Made by a program: the position numbers and the translations under genes | Notes under the pieces: model-generated | Databases searched by the model: none | What the model was told of the DNA's origin: nothing | Seen by the model: only the letters and a program-made list of their open reading frames with translations | Shown: one piece after another, positions 47,385 through 56,503 of the stretch | Numbering within the stretch: position 1 is the first letter of the stretch | How the letters are laid out: each line of letters begins with the position of its first letter | NCBI GenBank assembly: GCA_016186145.1 | Contig: JACPMF010000006.1 | Location: 1,906-65,905, forward strand | DNA length: 64,000 bases | Reading direction: 5' to 3' | DNA from: Candidatus Sungiibacteriota bacterium | GTDB lineage: Bacteria > Patescibacteriota > Minisyncoccia > Sungbacterales > SURF-37

Positions 47385-49577
47385 GTGAAATTAATCCAAT
47401 TTCATCTCTCCGGATTCAAGTCATTCGCTAAACAAACCACTCTCGAATTCCCGCAGCCGGTAACCGCAATTGTCGGTCCGAACGGCAGCGGCAAGTCGAA
47501 TTTGGCGGAGGCCATCCGCTGGGTGCTTGGCGAACAATCAATGAAAATTCTCCGCGGCAAACGCGGAGAAGATTTGATTTTCAACGGAACCCCCGATACT
47601 CCCCGCATGGGTAAGGCGGGGGTACGCCTCGTATTCGACAACCGCGACGGAAAAATCCCGATTGATTTTGAACAAGTTATTTTTGAACGAAAAATATTTC
47701 GTGACGGAACAAACGAATACTATTTGAATAACTCCCAAGTCCGGCTAAAAGACGTTGTGGAGCTTTTGGCCAGAATGGGGCTCGGGGAAACAAAGCATAA
47801 TATTATCGGGCAGGGCGAGGTTGATCGAACTCTTCTTGCCGGCGCCCGAGAACGGCGAGAAATGCTTGAGGAGGCAATCGGCTTACGAGTGTATCAGCTA
47901 AAAAAAGCCGAAGCGGAACGGCGTCTTGAAGAAACCTCGAAAAACATCATACAAGCGCAGGCGCTCTTAAAAGAAATATCGCCGCATCTCCGATTCTTGC
48001 GGCTGCAAGCAGAGAAGGCAGAAAATAGAACCGGGCTTGAGCAGGAGCTTCGCAAAACAACCATCGCCTGGATTCTCTCCTCTAAAAGCGCCATCGAACG
48101 CGAGCTTGCGAAAACTGCCGGGGCTCATCAAAACCAGGAGCTGCGGCTTACAACGCTTTCCGAAGAAATCAGTGCCATAAAAAAGGATATCGCGGAGGCC
48201 GAAGAAAAGCTTAAACAATATAAAATCCTTCAGCAAGGAGAAAAGGAAATCTCCGTATGGGAACAAAAACGATGGGAGCTGGAGCGGGAGCTTGGCAGAG
48301 TCGAGGGAAAAATCGAGGCAGGCGGAGCGGCAAAGGCATCTGTAACGCACGCCGAACGAACCATTGAAATTTCGTACGTGCGCAAACACCTTTCAACCAT
48401 TCTTGATCGGTTGGAAGAAATTCAGGTTATTGATGATCTGGATGACGTTCGCGAGCGTATTGAGTTTTTAGTTTCGTCAATTGAAACAGTGCTCGGCGAA
48501 ATTGAAGAGCAGGCGCGCGGCGAATCGAAGGCAGAAGTAAAAATTGAAGCTGGGGCTCAATTAAAACAGCTTCATGAAAAAATTCAAAAAGAGCTTGAGG
48601 GACTCCACAAAAAGATTAACGATATGCGAGAATCGCTTCGCGACCAGACACGCGCCTTTACGGAAATCCAGGAGGCCTTGCGAGGATATGAGCGCGCGAT
48701 TCGAGAACGCGAAGAAGAGCGCGGCTCAATACAATCGGCAATCCAGCGGTGGCTTTTTGAAAAAGAGCGTATTGCCGAGCGCGAGCAGGAAGTCATAGAG
48801 GAAGAAGGGCGCCAGGCCCTGTCTCCCGGAGAATTTAACGCAATTGTAGAAACCCCTCTTGCGTCACATTCTCCCGATGAACTCACAAAAAAAATAGAGA
48901 AACTTCGGATCAGGCTTGAAGAAGTTGGCGGAATTGATCCCTCGGTTGTCAAAGAATATCGGGATACAAAAACACGGCATGAGTTTCTCGAGAAGGAAAT
49001 CGGGGATTTGGAAAGGGCATTGCGCGATCTTCGGCTTTTGATCAAAGAATTGGATGAAACAATCGAGCGCGATTTTAAAAACGGCTTCAATAAAATAAAA
49101 GAGGAGTTTAATAATTACTTTCGCATCATTTTTGGAGGCGGCAAAGGAGTTTTGAGATATGCGGAATTACGGAACCAAAACGCCGAAAGCGAAGATAGCG
49201 ATGGCAACACCGAGCCGGAATACGGAATAGAAATAGAAGTTGATGTCCCGAGAAAGCGCGTTCATTCAATCGCAATGCTCTCCGGCGGCGAACGAGCGCT
49301 GACATCTATTGCCCTTTTATTTGCGATCACTGCCGTAAATCCGCCTCCTTTCCTGGTCCTCGACGAAACCGATGCGGCGTTGGATGAGGCAAATTCACAA
49401 AAGTACGCGGCGATCCTTAAAGAACTTGCAAAAAAAACACAGTTGATTCTCATTACCCACAACCGCGAAACCATGAAGGCCGCGGGGGTTCTCTATGGCG
49501 TTACTATGGGAAGCGATGGAGTATCAAAATTGCTTTCGCTAAAACTAGATGAAGCCGAGGCTTACACGAATCGGTGA
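47385..49577 (+). CDS. smc: Short SMC-family ATPase
   Basis: GFKSFA, GPNGSGKSN, LSGGE, LVLDE..AALD, ITH. Confidence 0.9.
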   Translation: MKLIQFHLSGFKSFAKQTTLEFPQPVTAIVGPNGSGKSNLAEAIRWVLGEQSMKILRGKRGEDLIFNGTPDTPRMGKAGVRLVFDNRDGKIPIDFEQVIFERKIFRDGTNEYYLNNSQVRLKDVVELLARMGLGETKHNIIGQGEVDRTLLAGARERREMLEEAIGLRVYQLKKAEAERRLEETSKNIIQAQALLKEISPHLRFLRLQAEKAENRTGLEQELRKTTIAWILSSKSAIERELAKTAGAHQNQELRLTTLSEEISAIKKDIAEAEEKLKQYKILQQGEKEISVWEQKRWELERELGRVEGKIEAGGAAKASVTHAERTIEISYVRKHLSTILDRLEEIQVIDDLDDVRERIEFLVSSIETVLGEIEEQARGESKAEVKIEAGAQLKQLHEKIQKELEGLHKKINDMRESLRDQTRAFTEIQEALRGYERAIREREEERGSIQSAIQRWLFEKERIAEREQEVIEEEGRQALSPGEFNAIVETPLASHSPDELTKKIEKLRIRLEEVGGIDPSVVKEYRDTKTRHEFLEKEIGDLERALRDLRLLIKELDETIERDFKNGFNKIKEEFNNYFRIIFGGGKGVLRYAELRNQNAESEDSDGNTEPEYGIEIEVDVPRKRVHSIAMLSGGERALTSIALLFAITAVNPPPFLVLDETDAALDEANSQKYAAILKELAKKTQLILITHNRETMKAAGVLYGVTMGSDGVSKLLSLKLDEAEAYTNR

Positions 49578-49729
49578 CCTCTTCAAAATTTTCCAGAACT
49601 ACGATTTTGACAAATGGAGCCTCGCCGCTTCGGGGAGCCCCTCCCTTACGCTGCGGCTCGGGTTTCCCTTCTCGCGGCTCTCTCCATTTGTTACCAAAAT
49701 CTCCGTAATGGAAAATTTTGGAGTGGTCA
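49575..49729. repeat. Long imperfect hairpin / MITE-like element
   Basis: TGACC..CAAAATTTTCCA / TGGAAAATTTTG..GGTCA; inner ACAAATGGAG/CTCCATTTGT. Confidence 0.7.
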
Positions 49730-50023
49730 CCTCAAAAGGTGACGAAAAGGATTTGTCATAAAATCTCCGCAATGAAAAATTTTATGGCAATATCTCATGG
49801 AGGAGGGGGTTGAAATTTTACGGTCGCACTTATCCCATCTTTTGTGGAACACCGTGCCCGCTCGGCTCCGCGAGGCCAGAAAAAAGCATATCGGCCCGCT
49901 TGGGTTAAACCGAAAAATCGTTCTCAAGAAATTGCCTTGGCCATATCTCACCTTCGGAGAAATTAAAATAAAAGGCGGACGGTAGGATTAACCCACCGCC
50001 CGCACGCGTTGACGAACTGTCGC

Positions 50024-50569
50024 TCAGACGAACATCACAAGGGCATCAATGACGATGAAAACGAGAAAGAACACTGCGTGAGTGATCTTCTCGTCTCCGT
50101 TGGGCTTCGTCACCTCATACCTCGTGACTTTCCCTTCTGACGTCAGTTCCACAGGGATCTTCCTCGGGATGCAGTTTCTGCTGTACGACCATGTGAAGAG
50201 CCCCGTACCAATGGCAAGTAAGGGCAGGCCGATCGCGAGCTGAAGAAGATCGACGCCCATCACCTTCCAGGCGATCATGACCATCACGAACATACCGACT
50301 CCGGTCTTGCCGAAGTTCGCCGCGTGATCCGTCACGGCCTTGAGCCCTTCGTTGACGGCGGTGCCGACTTCGCGGCCGAGACCGACCCAGCTGCCGACCT
50401 TCTCCACCTGTTGCTTCTGCTCGATCTTCTGGAGAAGATCCGGCGGCAAGTCGGACTTCTTCACCACGATCCGGTCGTCGGCCTGTTGGGTGTCATCGGC
50501 CACGGCCGATGTGACATTGAAGCCCGTGACTAGTGCGAAAACTATGGCGGTGACGAACAATCTCTTCAT
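50024..50569 (-). CDS. Hypothetical membrane protein with signal peptide
   Basis: GGGAG SD, TTGACT-18-TATAAT promoter, TM segments. Confidence 0.75.
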   Translation of the reverse strand: MKRLFVTAIVFALVTGFNVTSAVADDTQQADDRIVVKKSDLPPDLLQKIEQKQQVEKVGSWVGLGREVGTAVNEGLKAVTDHAANFGKTGVGMFVMVMIAWKVMGVDLLQLAIGLPLLAIGTGLFTWSYSRNCIPRKIPVELTSEGKVTRYEVTKPNGDEKITHAVFFLVFIVIDALVMFV

Positions 50570-50827
50570 GGTGCTATCTCCCTTCCCGCGTTTTTAGAGA
50601 CGCGGCCCTCTTTTTTCTAAAGTTTGAAAAAGAACCGGCTTACTACTGCAATATAATTATACCATTTCTAATAACACTGAGTCAATAGCTTGTAAAATAA
50701 CGGCTTAAAAACAAAAAAATTGGTTATTTACAAGCGCCGCTTATTTTCTTATAATTTCAAGAGTTGCTTAGAAACGTATCCGCATAAATCTGCGTAGATA
50801 TCTGCGTTTATCCGCTTCTAAAAATAG

Positions 50828-51745
50828 ATGGCAACACTTTATACCCACAAAGCCGCGAATATAAGAAAAACATGGCTCTTGATGGCCGTGTTTTTTGGGG
50901 TAGTTATCGGAATAGGATGGATAGTCAGTCGAGTTTATGACAACCCGGGGATTCTTTATTTCGCAGTCATTTTCAGTATTTTTATGAATGTACTCTCATA
51001 CTGGTTCTCCGACAAAATCGTATTGAAACTTCACCATGCCGAACCTGTTGATATGAAAGCTCATCCGGAGCTTTATCGGGTATTGGAAAATCTTGCTATA
51101 ACAGCGGGCCTTCCCATGCCGAAATTTTATCTGATCCGCGATCCGGCGCCAAACGCTTTTGCCACCGGCCGCGACCCAAAACATGCAGTCGTCGCAGTTA
51201 CCGCCGGACTTCTTGAGAAACTTGATAGATCGGAACTTGAAGGCGTACTTGCGCACGAACTCTCTCATATCGGGAACCGTGATATGCTGGTATCAACTAT
51301 TGCCGTAGTTCTGGTAGGATTTGTTTCTATAGTTTCCGACATGTTTATGCGCTCCATGTGGTTCGGGGGAATGGGGGGCGGTCGGGAAGAACGCGGCAGG
51401 GCCGGAGGCGTACTCATTATCATCGGAATCGTCCTATCCATCCTCGCACCAATAATCGCTTCGTTGATACACCTTGCCATATCGCGAAGGCGGGAATTCC
51501 TTGCCGATACTTCAGGCGCCCTGCTTACCCGTTATCCGGTTGGCCTTGCTGCGGCCCTAAAAAAAATCGCCGGCTATCAGCGCCCCTTGCGTAGTGCTAC
51601 AAACGCAACCGCGCACCTTTTCTTTGAAAACCCTTTTGGGGCGGACCGCAACGGCACCCGGAAAACGCCGTTTCTAATAAAGATGTTTTCCACCCACCCG
51701 CCGATCAAGGAAAGAATTGCGGCTCTTGAGCAAATAAGGATGTAA
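50828..51745 (+). CDS. htpX: Zinc metalloprotease HtpX (M48)
   Basis: PNAFATGR, AHELSH, ISRRREFLAD, FSTHPP. Confidence 0.95.
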   Translation: MATLYTHKAANIRKTWLLMAVFFGVVIGIGWIVSRVYDNPGILYFAVIFSIFMNVLSYWFSDKIVLKLHHAEPVDMKAHPELYRVLENLAITAGLPMPKFYLIRDPAPNAFATGRDPKHAVVAVTAGLLEKLDRSELEGVLAHELSHIGNRDMLVSTIAVVLVGFVSIVSDMFMRSMWFGGMGGGREERGRAGGVLIIIGIVLSILAPIIASLIHLAISRRREFLADTSGALLTRYPVGLAAALKKIAGYQRPLRSATNATAHLFFENPFGADRNGTRKTPFLIKMFSTHPPIKERIAALEQIRM

Positions 51746-51757
51746 GGGTTGATTCTT

Positions 51758-52849
51758 ATGAGAGACAATTTCGAGCGGCCAAAGGAAATCATCACCGGCG
51801 AAGCAAAGGAGGCCGGACAAGAAATTTTTGCCGCGGAGATAAAAAACGAAGTGGTATGGCAAAATAAAGATGTTGATATGCCGTTCCGGCTTGAAGAAGG
51901 AAAACCGACAAAACTCGGAGTATTTTTAGTCGAACATCCGCAGAAGCGAAGAGAGGGGCTGAAGGTAAGGGCGTTTAACGAACATTTTCGAAGCGCGCTT
52001 CTTGGGAGAGTTGTATTTCAGGATAAAGAAGGGCGCCTATACCGTGATGTTGACCTAAAAGGAATGGGCGGATTAGACCGACGACTCGAACCGAAAATTC
52101 GCGTTGAACCCCTGCGGCCACGCCGTAGGAGCGAGCAAAAATACGAAACCACGTGGGGAATTCTCAACTGGGGATATGCAGAAAATGACCGCGAGCTTTC
52201 GGAATTCTTTACGAAAGAGGGGCTACGGACACATCGGGTTCTTGCAATTATACGGCTTGATGAAGTGCTGGATGAACGGGGCCGCAAAATTTCCGTCACG
52301 GAGGCGCGGGAAAAAGGTTACATTAAAAAAAATGAAGAACCGGTAATTGCAATCCGCGCGTTCGGTACGAAAGCGCGAATTAGCGAGATAAAAAATGAAG
52401 CGCTTTTGAAAGACGCGGAGAAAATGGTCGCGCAGGAATTCGGAATTGATCCGAAAAAATTTTCAGACAAGGAGTATGCCGAATGGTTTGCGAAAACGCT
52501 GGGAGAACAAGTTGGGCGTATCCATCGGCTTGGATACTACCATCGATACCTAACTATTCATAATGTTACGCTCGATTGCAGAATAGTTGACCTTGATACG
52601 GTAATAAAGCTTCCCCGTAATAAGGAGCAGCGGGGGAAGGAGCTTATTAAAGAAGACATCACGGCTGTTTTAGATACGATCGATTTTTTTGACAGTTGTT
52701 TGAACCACCCTGCAGGCAAACGAATTTTGGGGAATTTATTTTGGCAGGGATATCAGCAAGAAGTTGGCGAAAAATTCTTAAGCGAAAACCCGGCGATCGC
52801 TAAATTCATACGTGGTTTACAATTCCTAACGCCACAGCGCAATTTATAA
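51758..52849 (+). CDS. Kinase-fold protein, SelO-like (divergent)
   Basis: DLKGMG, SEFF..EGLRTHRVLAI, GYYH..L..HN..LD..IVD. Confidence 0.55.
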   Translation: MRDNFERPKEIITGEAKEAGQEIFAAEIKNEVVWQNKDVDMPFRLEEGKPTKLGVFLVEHPQKRREGLKVRAFNEHFRSALLGRVVFQDKEGRLYRDVDLKGMGGLDRRLEPKIRVEPLRPRRRSEQKYETTWGILNWGYAENDRELSEFFTKEGLRTHRVLAIIRLDEVLDERGRKISVTEAREKGYIKKNEEPVIAIRAFGTKARISEIKNEALLKDAEKMVAQEFGIDPKKFSDKEYAEWFAKTLGEQVGRIHRLGYYHRYLTIHNVTLDCRIVDLDTVIKLPRNKEQRGKELIKEDITAVLDTIDFFDSCLNHPAGKRILGNLFWQGYQQEVGEKFLSENPAIAKFIRGLQFLTPQRNL

Positions 52850-52856
52850 TACAAAA

Positions 52857-52998
52857 AGAAGGGTCGCATAATGGGTGAAAAGCGTTTGAATAGCTTTTCA
52901 CGGGTGTAACGAGCACGCCGCAAAGCGGCGGCGCAGTTCTACACCCCGGACGAGTGCGCTCGCTTGTTCCCGATTTGTTTGCGCGGAGCGAAGCGAGC
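52857..52998 (+). pseudogene. Possible decayed tRNA-Ser 5' copy interrupted by hairpins
   Basis: GAAGGGTCGCATAATGG ... AGTGCGCTCGCTTG parallels the 5' half of the downstream tRNA; TATAAT directly upstream. Confidence 0.45.
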
Positions 52999-53028
52999 AC
53001 AACTACAAATCGCAATCCCGCTTAAAAC

Positions 53029-53115
53029 GGAGGCGTCGCATAGCGGTCTAGTGCGTTCGCTTGGAAAGCGAATATGCCAGAAATGGCATCAGAGGTTCGA
53101 ATCCTCTCGCCTCCG
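53029..53115 (+). tRNA. tRNA-Ser(GGA)
   Basis: GGAGGCG/CGCCTCC, TTCGC-TTGGAAA-GCGAA, long variable arm, GTTCGAATC. Confidence 0.95.
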
Positions 53116-53438
53116 TTTTGTGCGGGACAAATCCCACCCCTTCCGCCTTCGCTCGCCAAAGCGAGCTACGGCGGACACAGTCCGCACGTAGATCGCGAAG
53201 GAGAGAAGAAATATGCACATAGTTGGAGGATGAGCTGGCTCCGACATGCTTCGAGAAGCCGTGAGAAAATTAAGCGAGCTCCCGATTAAAAAAGCCGTTG
53301 TATCTGCAGAAAAAAATAAATTAGCAGACGCGCCTGACATTTCAAAGATAGTTGGAAAGGAAATACCGCGCGAACAAAAACAAAAACCGCCCCGGCACTC
53401 AAAGAGAAAGGGACAAAAATATTAAAAACATTTTTGCT

Positions 53439-55199
53439 ATGAATTCTCCAACCGAAGAAATCAAATCGCGAATAGACATCGCCGAGCTGGTGGGAGGGTA
53501 TGTGCGCCTTATAAAAGCCGGCTCGAATTTCAAAGCGCTTTGCCCGTTCCATAAAGAAAAAACCCCGTCGTTTAACGTATCTCCAACACGGCAGATTTGG
53601 CATTGCTTCGGGTGCGGCAAGGGCGGCGATCACTTTAAATTTGTAATGGAAATTGAGGGGCTTGATTTTCCGGAAGCACTCCAACTTCTCGCAAAACGAG
53701 CCGGCGTCGAGTTAAAACGCGAAGACCCGCGCATACGCTCGGAAAGAAACCGCACATACGACCTTCTGGAGGAGGCCGCAAAATACTTCGCAGATAATCT
53801 TGAGACAGTATCGGCGATCAAAACATATCTGAAAAAGCGCGGAGTAATCGACAAGACGATAACAGATTTTAGGATCGGGTTCAGCTTTGACTCGTGGGAC
53901 GGCCTCCTTAGACATCTTCATAAAAAAAAATATGCCGATGCGGAAATAGAAAAAGCCGGTCTTGCCATAAAAGGCGAGGGCGGCAGCTGGTACGACCGAT
54001 TCCGCTCAAGAATTATGTTTCCCATAAATGATGTAAACGGACGCGTTGTGGGCTTCGGCGGGCGTATTTTTCAACCCATCGGCGACAGTCAACGGCCAAC
54101 GGCCGAAGCGAAATACATAAATACCCCCCAAACGCTTGTTTATGACAAATCACGCGTGCTGTATGCCTTTGACAAGGCGAAAGAGTCAATCCGCAAGCAA
54201 AACACCTGCGTTATTGTGGAAGGATACATGGATGCGCTCATGTCGCACCAGGCCGGAGTCGTCAACACGGTTGCCGTTTCCGGAACCGCGTTGACCGCAG
54301 AACAGCTCAAAGCAATCCGCCGTCTCGCCGAAACCGTAATCTCATGTTTTGACAGCGATCTCGCAGGCGAAGAAGCCACAAAACGAAGCATTGATCTTGC
54401 CGTGGAGTTTGATTTTGAACGGAAGGCGGCAATCCTTCCACACGGAATTAAAGATCCTGCCGATGCCGTTCTCCAAAACCCGCAAGCGTGGCAAAAAGCA
54501 GTGCTTGAAGCGGTACCAATAACACAGCTCTTTTTTGACAATGCGCTTCTACGATTCAATCCGGAAACCTCCGAAGGGGCGAAAGCAATCGCGGCGGCAG
54601 TTTTGCCGGAAATCAAACGCCTCGCAAACGAAGTTGAAAAAGCCCATTGGATAAAAAAACTCGCCGGCGCCATTAGAATTTCCGAGGAGTCGGTTTGGAA
54701 CGAATTTACCCGCCCAACCCCAGAGACACGCGTGGCAACGACAGCGGAAGCGGTAGAGAAAAGAACCCCCCAGAAAAGCCGGCACGAGCAGTTGGAAGAA
54801 CTTGTACTCGGACTCATGGGGCTTTCCGTAAAAGCGCCCGAAATCTTCACAGGGCTCACCAGTGATATGTTTGTAAAAGAAGCCCACCGTGATATATTCA
54901 ATGAATTGAAACAAAACGCGGGCAAAACCGCTACTCTTGTGCAAATTCAGACAGACCGGCTCAATCATCTAGCCTTTCGGGCCGAAGTTTTTCTTGCCGC
55001 TTCTCCGGATAAAGAAATTGAAGTCGGATCTATAGTCCGAGAATTCAAATCTGAACACTTAAAGCAAAAACGAGACGGTCTTTCCCGAAAAATCGCGGAG
55101 GCGGAAAAAACAGATGAAGAGACAATACTTGCCGCTCTCGTAAAAGAATATAAAGACACATGCGACGAAATTCTAAAAATATCAGCTAAAAAGGTTTAA
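53439..55199 (+). CDS. dnaG: DNA primase
   Basis: CPFHKEKTPSF, CFGCG, KYINTP, VEGYMD, FDSD. Confidence 0.98.
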   Translation: MNSPTEEIKSRIDIAELVGGYVRLIKAGSNFKALCPFHKEKTPSFNVSPTRQIWHCFGCGKGGDHFKFVMEIEGLDFPEALQLLAKRAGVELKREDPRIRSERNRTYDLLEEAAKYFADNLETVSAIKTYLKKRGVIDKTITDFRIGFSFDSWDGLLRHLHKKKYADAEIEKAGLAIKGEGGSWYDRFRSRIMFPINDVNGRVVGFGGRIFQPIGDSQRPTAEAKYINTPQTLVYDKSRVLYAFDKAKESIRKQNTCVIVEGYMDALMSHQAGVVNTVAVSGTALTAEQLKAIRRLAETVISCFDSDLAGEEATKRSIDLAVEFDFERKAAILPHGIKDPADAVLQNPQAWQKAVLEAVPITQLFFDNALLRFNPETSEGAKAIAAAVLPEIKRLANEVEKAHWIKKLAGAIRISEESVWNEFTRPTPETRVATTAEAVEKRTPQKSRHEQLEELVLGLMGLSVKAPEIFTGLTSDMFVKEAHRDIFNELKQNAGKTATLVQIQTDRLNHLAFRAEVFLAASPDKEIEVGSIVREFKSEHLKQKRDGLSRKIAEAEKTDEETILAALVKEYKDTCDEILKISAKKV

Positions 55200-55217
55200 T
55201 TATAGACGGAAGTTCAT

Positions 55218-56414
55218 ATGGTTAAGCAAAAACCGCAAACTAAACCAAAAGTCCCGCTGCCAAAAAAAGACACCTCAAAAAGCGGCAAATCACCGGGGTC
55301 GACAAAGAAAAAACTTCAACCGGCAAAAGGCAAGACAGCAGCAAAGAATCAATTCGGAGACGTTGAAACAAAAATCGACATTCTCGTCAAAAAGGGAAGA
55401 GAACGTGGTTTTGTCACATACTCCGAAATTCTTGCGCAGTTTCCCGCTATCGAAGAAGACATCCCGCTCCTCGAGGATATTTATCGCCGCTTCGAAGAAC
55501 TCAACGTTGAAATTTTCGATACCTCGGAATTCATCAAAATTGACGAAGAGAAGAAAAAGAAAAAAGAAGAATCGTCGCGCGATGACGCTTCAGACTCCGT
55601 GCAAATGTATTTGCGCGAGATCGGAAAAATTCCGCTCATTACCGGGGACCAAGAAAAGGAATTTGCGCGGCACATCGAGCGCGGAGATAATGAGGCGCGG
55701 GAGCAGCTTGCCAAGGCAAATCTCCGGCTCGTCGTATCCATTGCAAAACGCTATGTCGGCAGAAGTCCGCACCTGACGCTTCTCGACCTTATTCAAGAGG
55801 GAAATCTTGGCCTTTTCAAAGCGGTTGAAAAATTTGACTATCGGCGCGGCTTTAAGTTTTCGACATACGCAACATGGTGGATCAGGCAGGCAATTACCCG
55901 CGCTCTCGCGGACCAGGCACGCACCATTCGCATCCCCGTGCATATGGTCGAGACAATATCAAAATTCCAACAGGTAAAACGCCGTCTTCTTCAGGATCTC
56001 GGCCGCGAACCCTTGCCGGAAGAAATTGCCTCCGAGATGGGAATTGAGGTTGAAAAAGCCCACCATATTGCAAAAATTTCTCAAGAAACAGTTTCTCTCG
56101 AGTCGCCGGTGGGAGAAGACGACGAAGACTCGCTTCTTGGAGAATTCATTGTTGATGAAAAGACTTTATCGCCGGCTCAATCAGCCGCGCGAAAACTTCT
56201 TCGTGAACAAATGATGAAAATAATCAATGACCTTTCTCCCCGGGAGCAGAAAATTTTGCGGCTGCGTTTCGGACTGGATGATGGCGTAACGCATACGCTT
56301 GAGGAGGTTGGAAAAGAATTCGGCGTAACGCGCGAACGAATACGGCAAATTGAAGCAAAAGCTCTTGAACGAATGCGAACGCACGGATTGGTAAGAAAGC
56401 TCGAAGGGTATTAG
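55218..56414 (+). CDS. rpoD: Primary sigma factor
   Basis: [33 protein letters not shown]. Confidence 0.98.
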   Translation: MVKQKPQTKPKVPLPKKDTSKSGKSPGSTKKKLQPAKGKTAAKNQFGDVETKIDILVKKGRERGFVTYSEILAQFPAIEEDIPLLEDIYRRFEELNVEIFDTSEFIKIDEEKKKKKEESSRDDASDSVQMYLREIGKIPLITGDQEKEFARHIERGDNEAREQLAKANLRLVVSIAKRYVGRSPHLTLLDLIQEGNLGLFKAVEKFDYRRGFKFSTYATWWIRQAITRALADQARTIRIPVHMVETISKFQQVKRRLLQDLGREPLPEEIASEMGIEVEKAHHIAKISQETVSLESPVGEDDEDSLLGEFIVDEKTLSPAQSAARKLLREQMMKIINDLSPREQKILRLRFGLDDGVTHTLEEVGKEFGVTRERIRQIEAKALERMRTHGLVRKLEGY

Positions 56415-56417
56415 TAC

Positions 56418-56498
56418 ATGAATTATGAATTGTGAATAATGAATTAGGAATAACCAAATTTTCTATATTCATAATTCATAATTCCTGATTCCTGATTC
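56418..56498. repeat. Heptamer-repeat palindrome (rpoD-murC)
   Basis: ATGAATTATGAATTGTGAAT ... ATTCATAATTCATAATTC. Confidence 0.85.
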
Positions 56499-56503
56499 AA
56501 AAA

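Noticed and set aside
54140-54925. 261 aa antisense ORF and similar shadow ORFs
   Set aside because: Opposite-strand shadows of well-supported genes such as dnaG.
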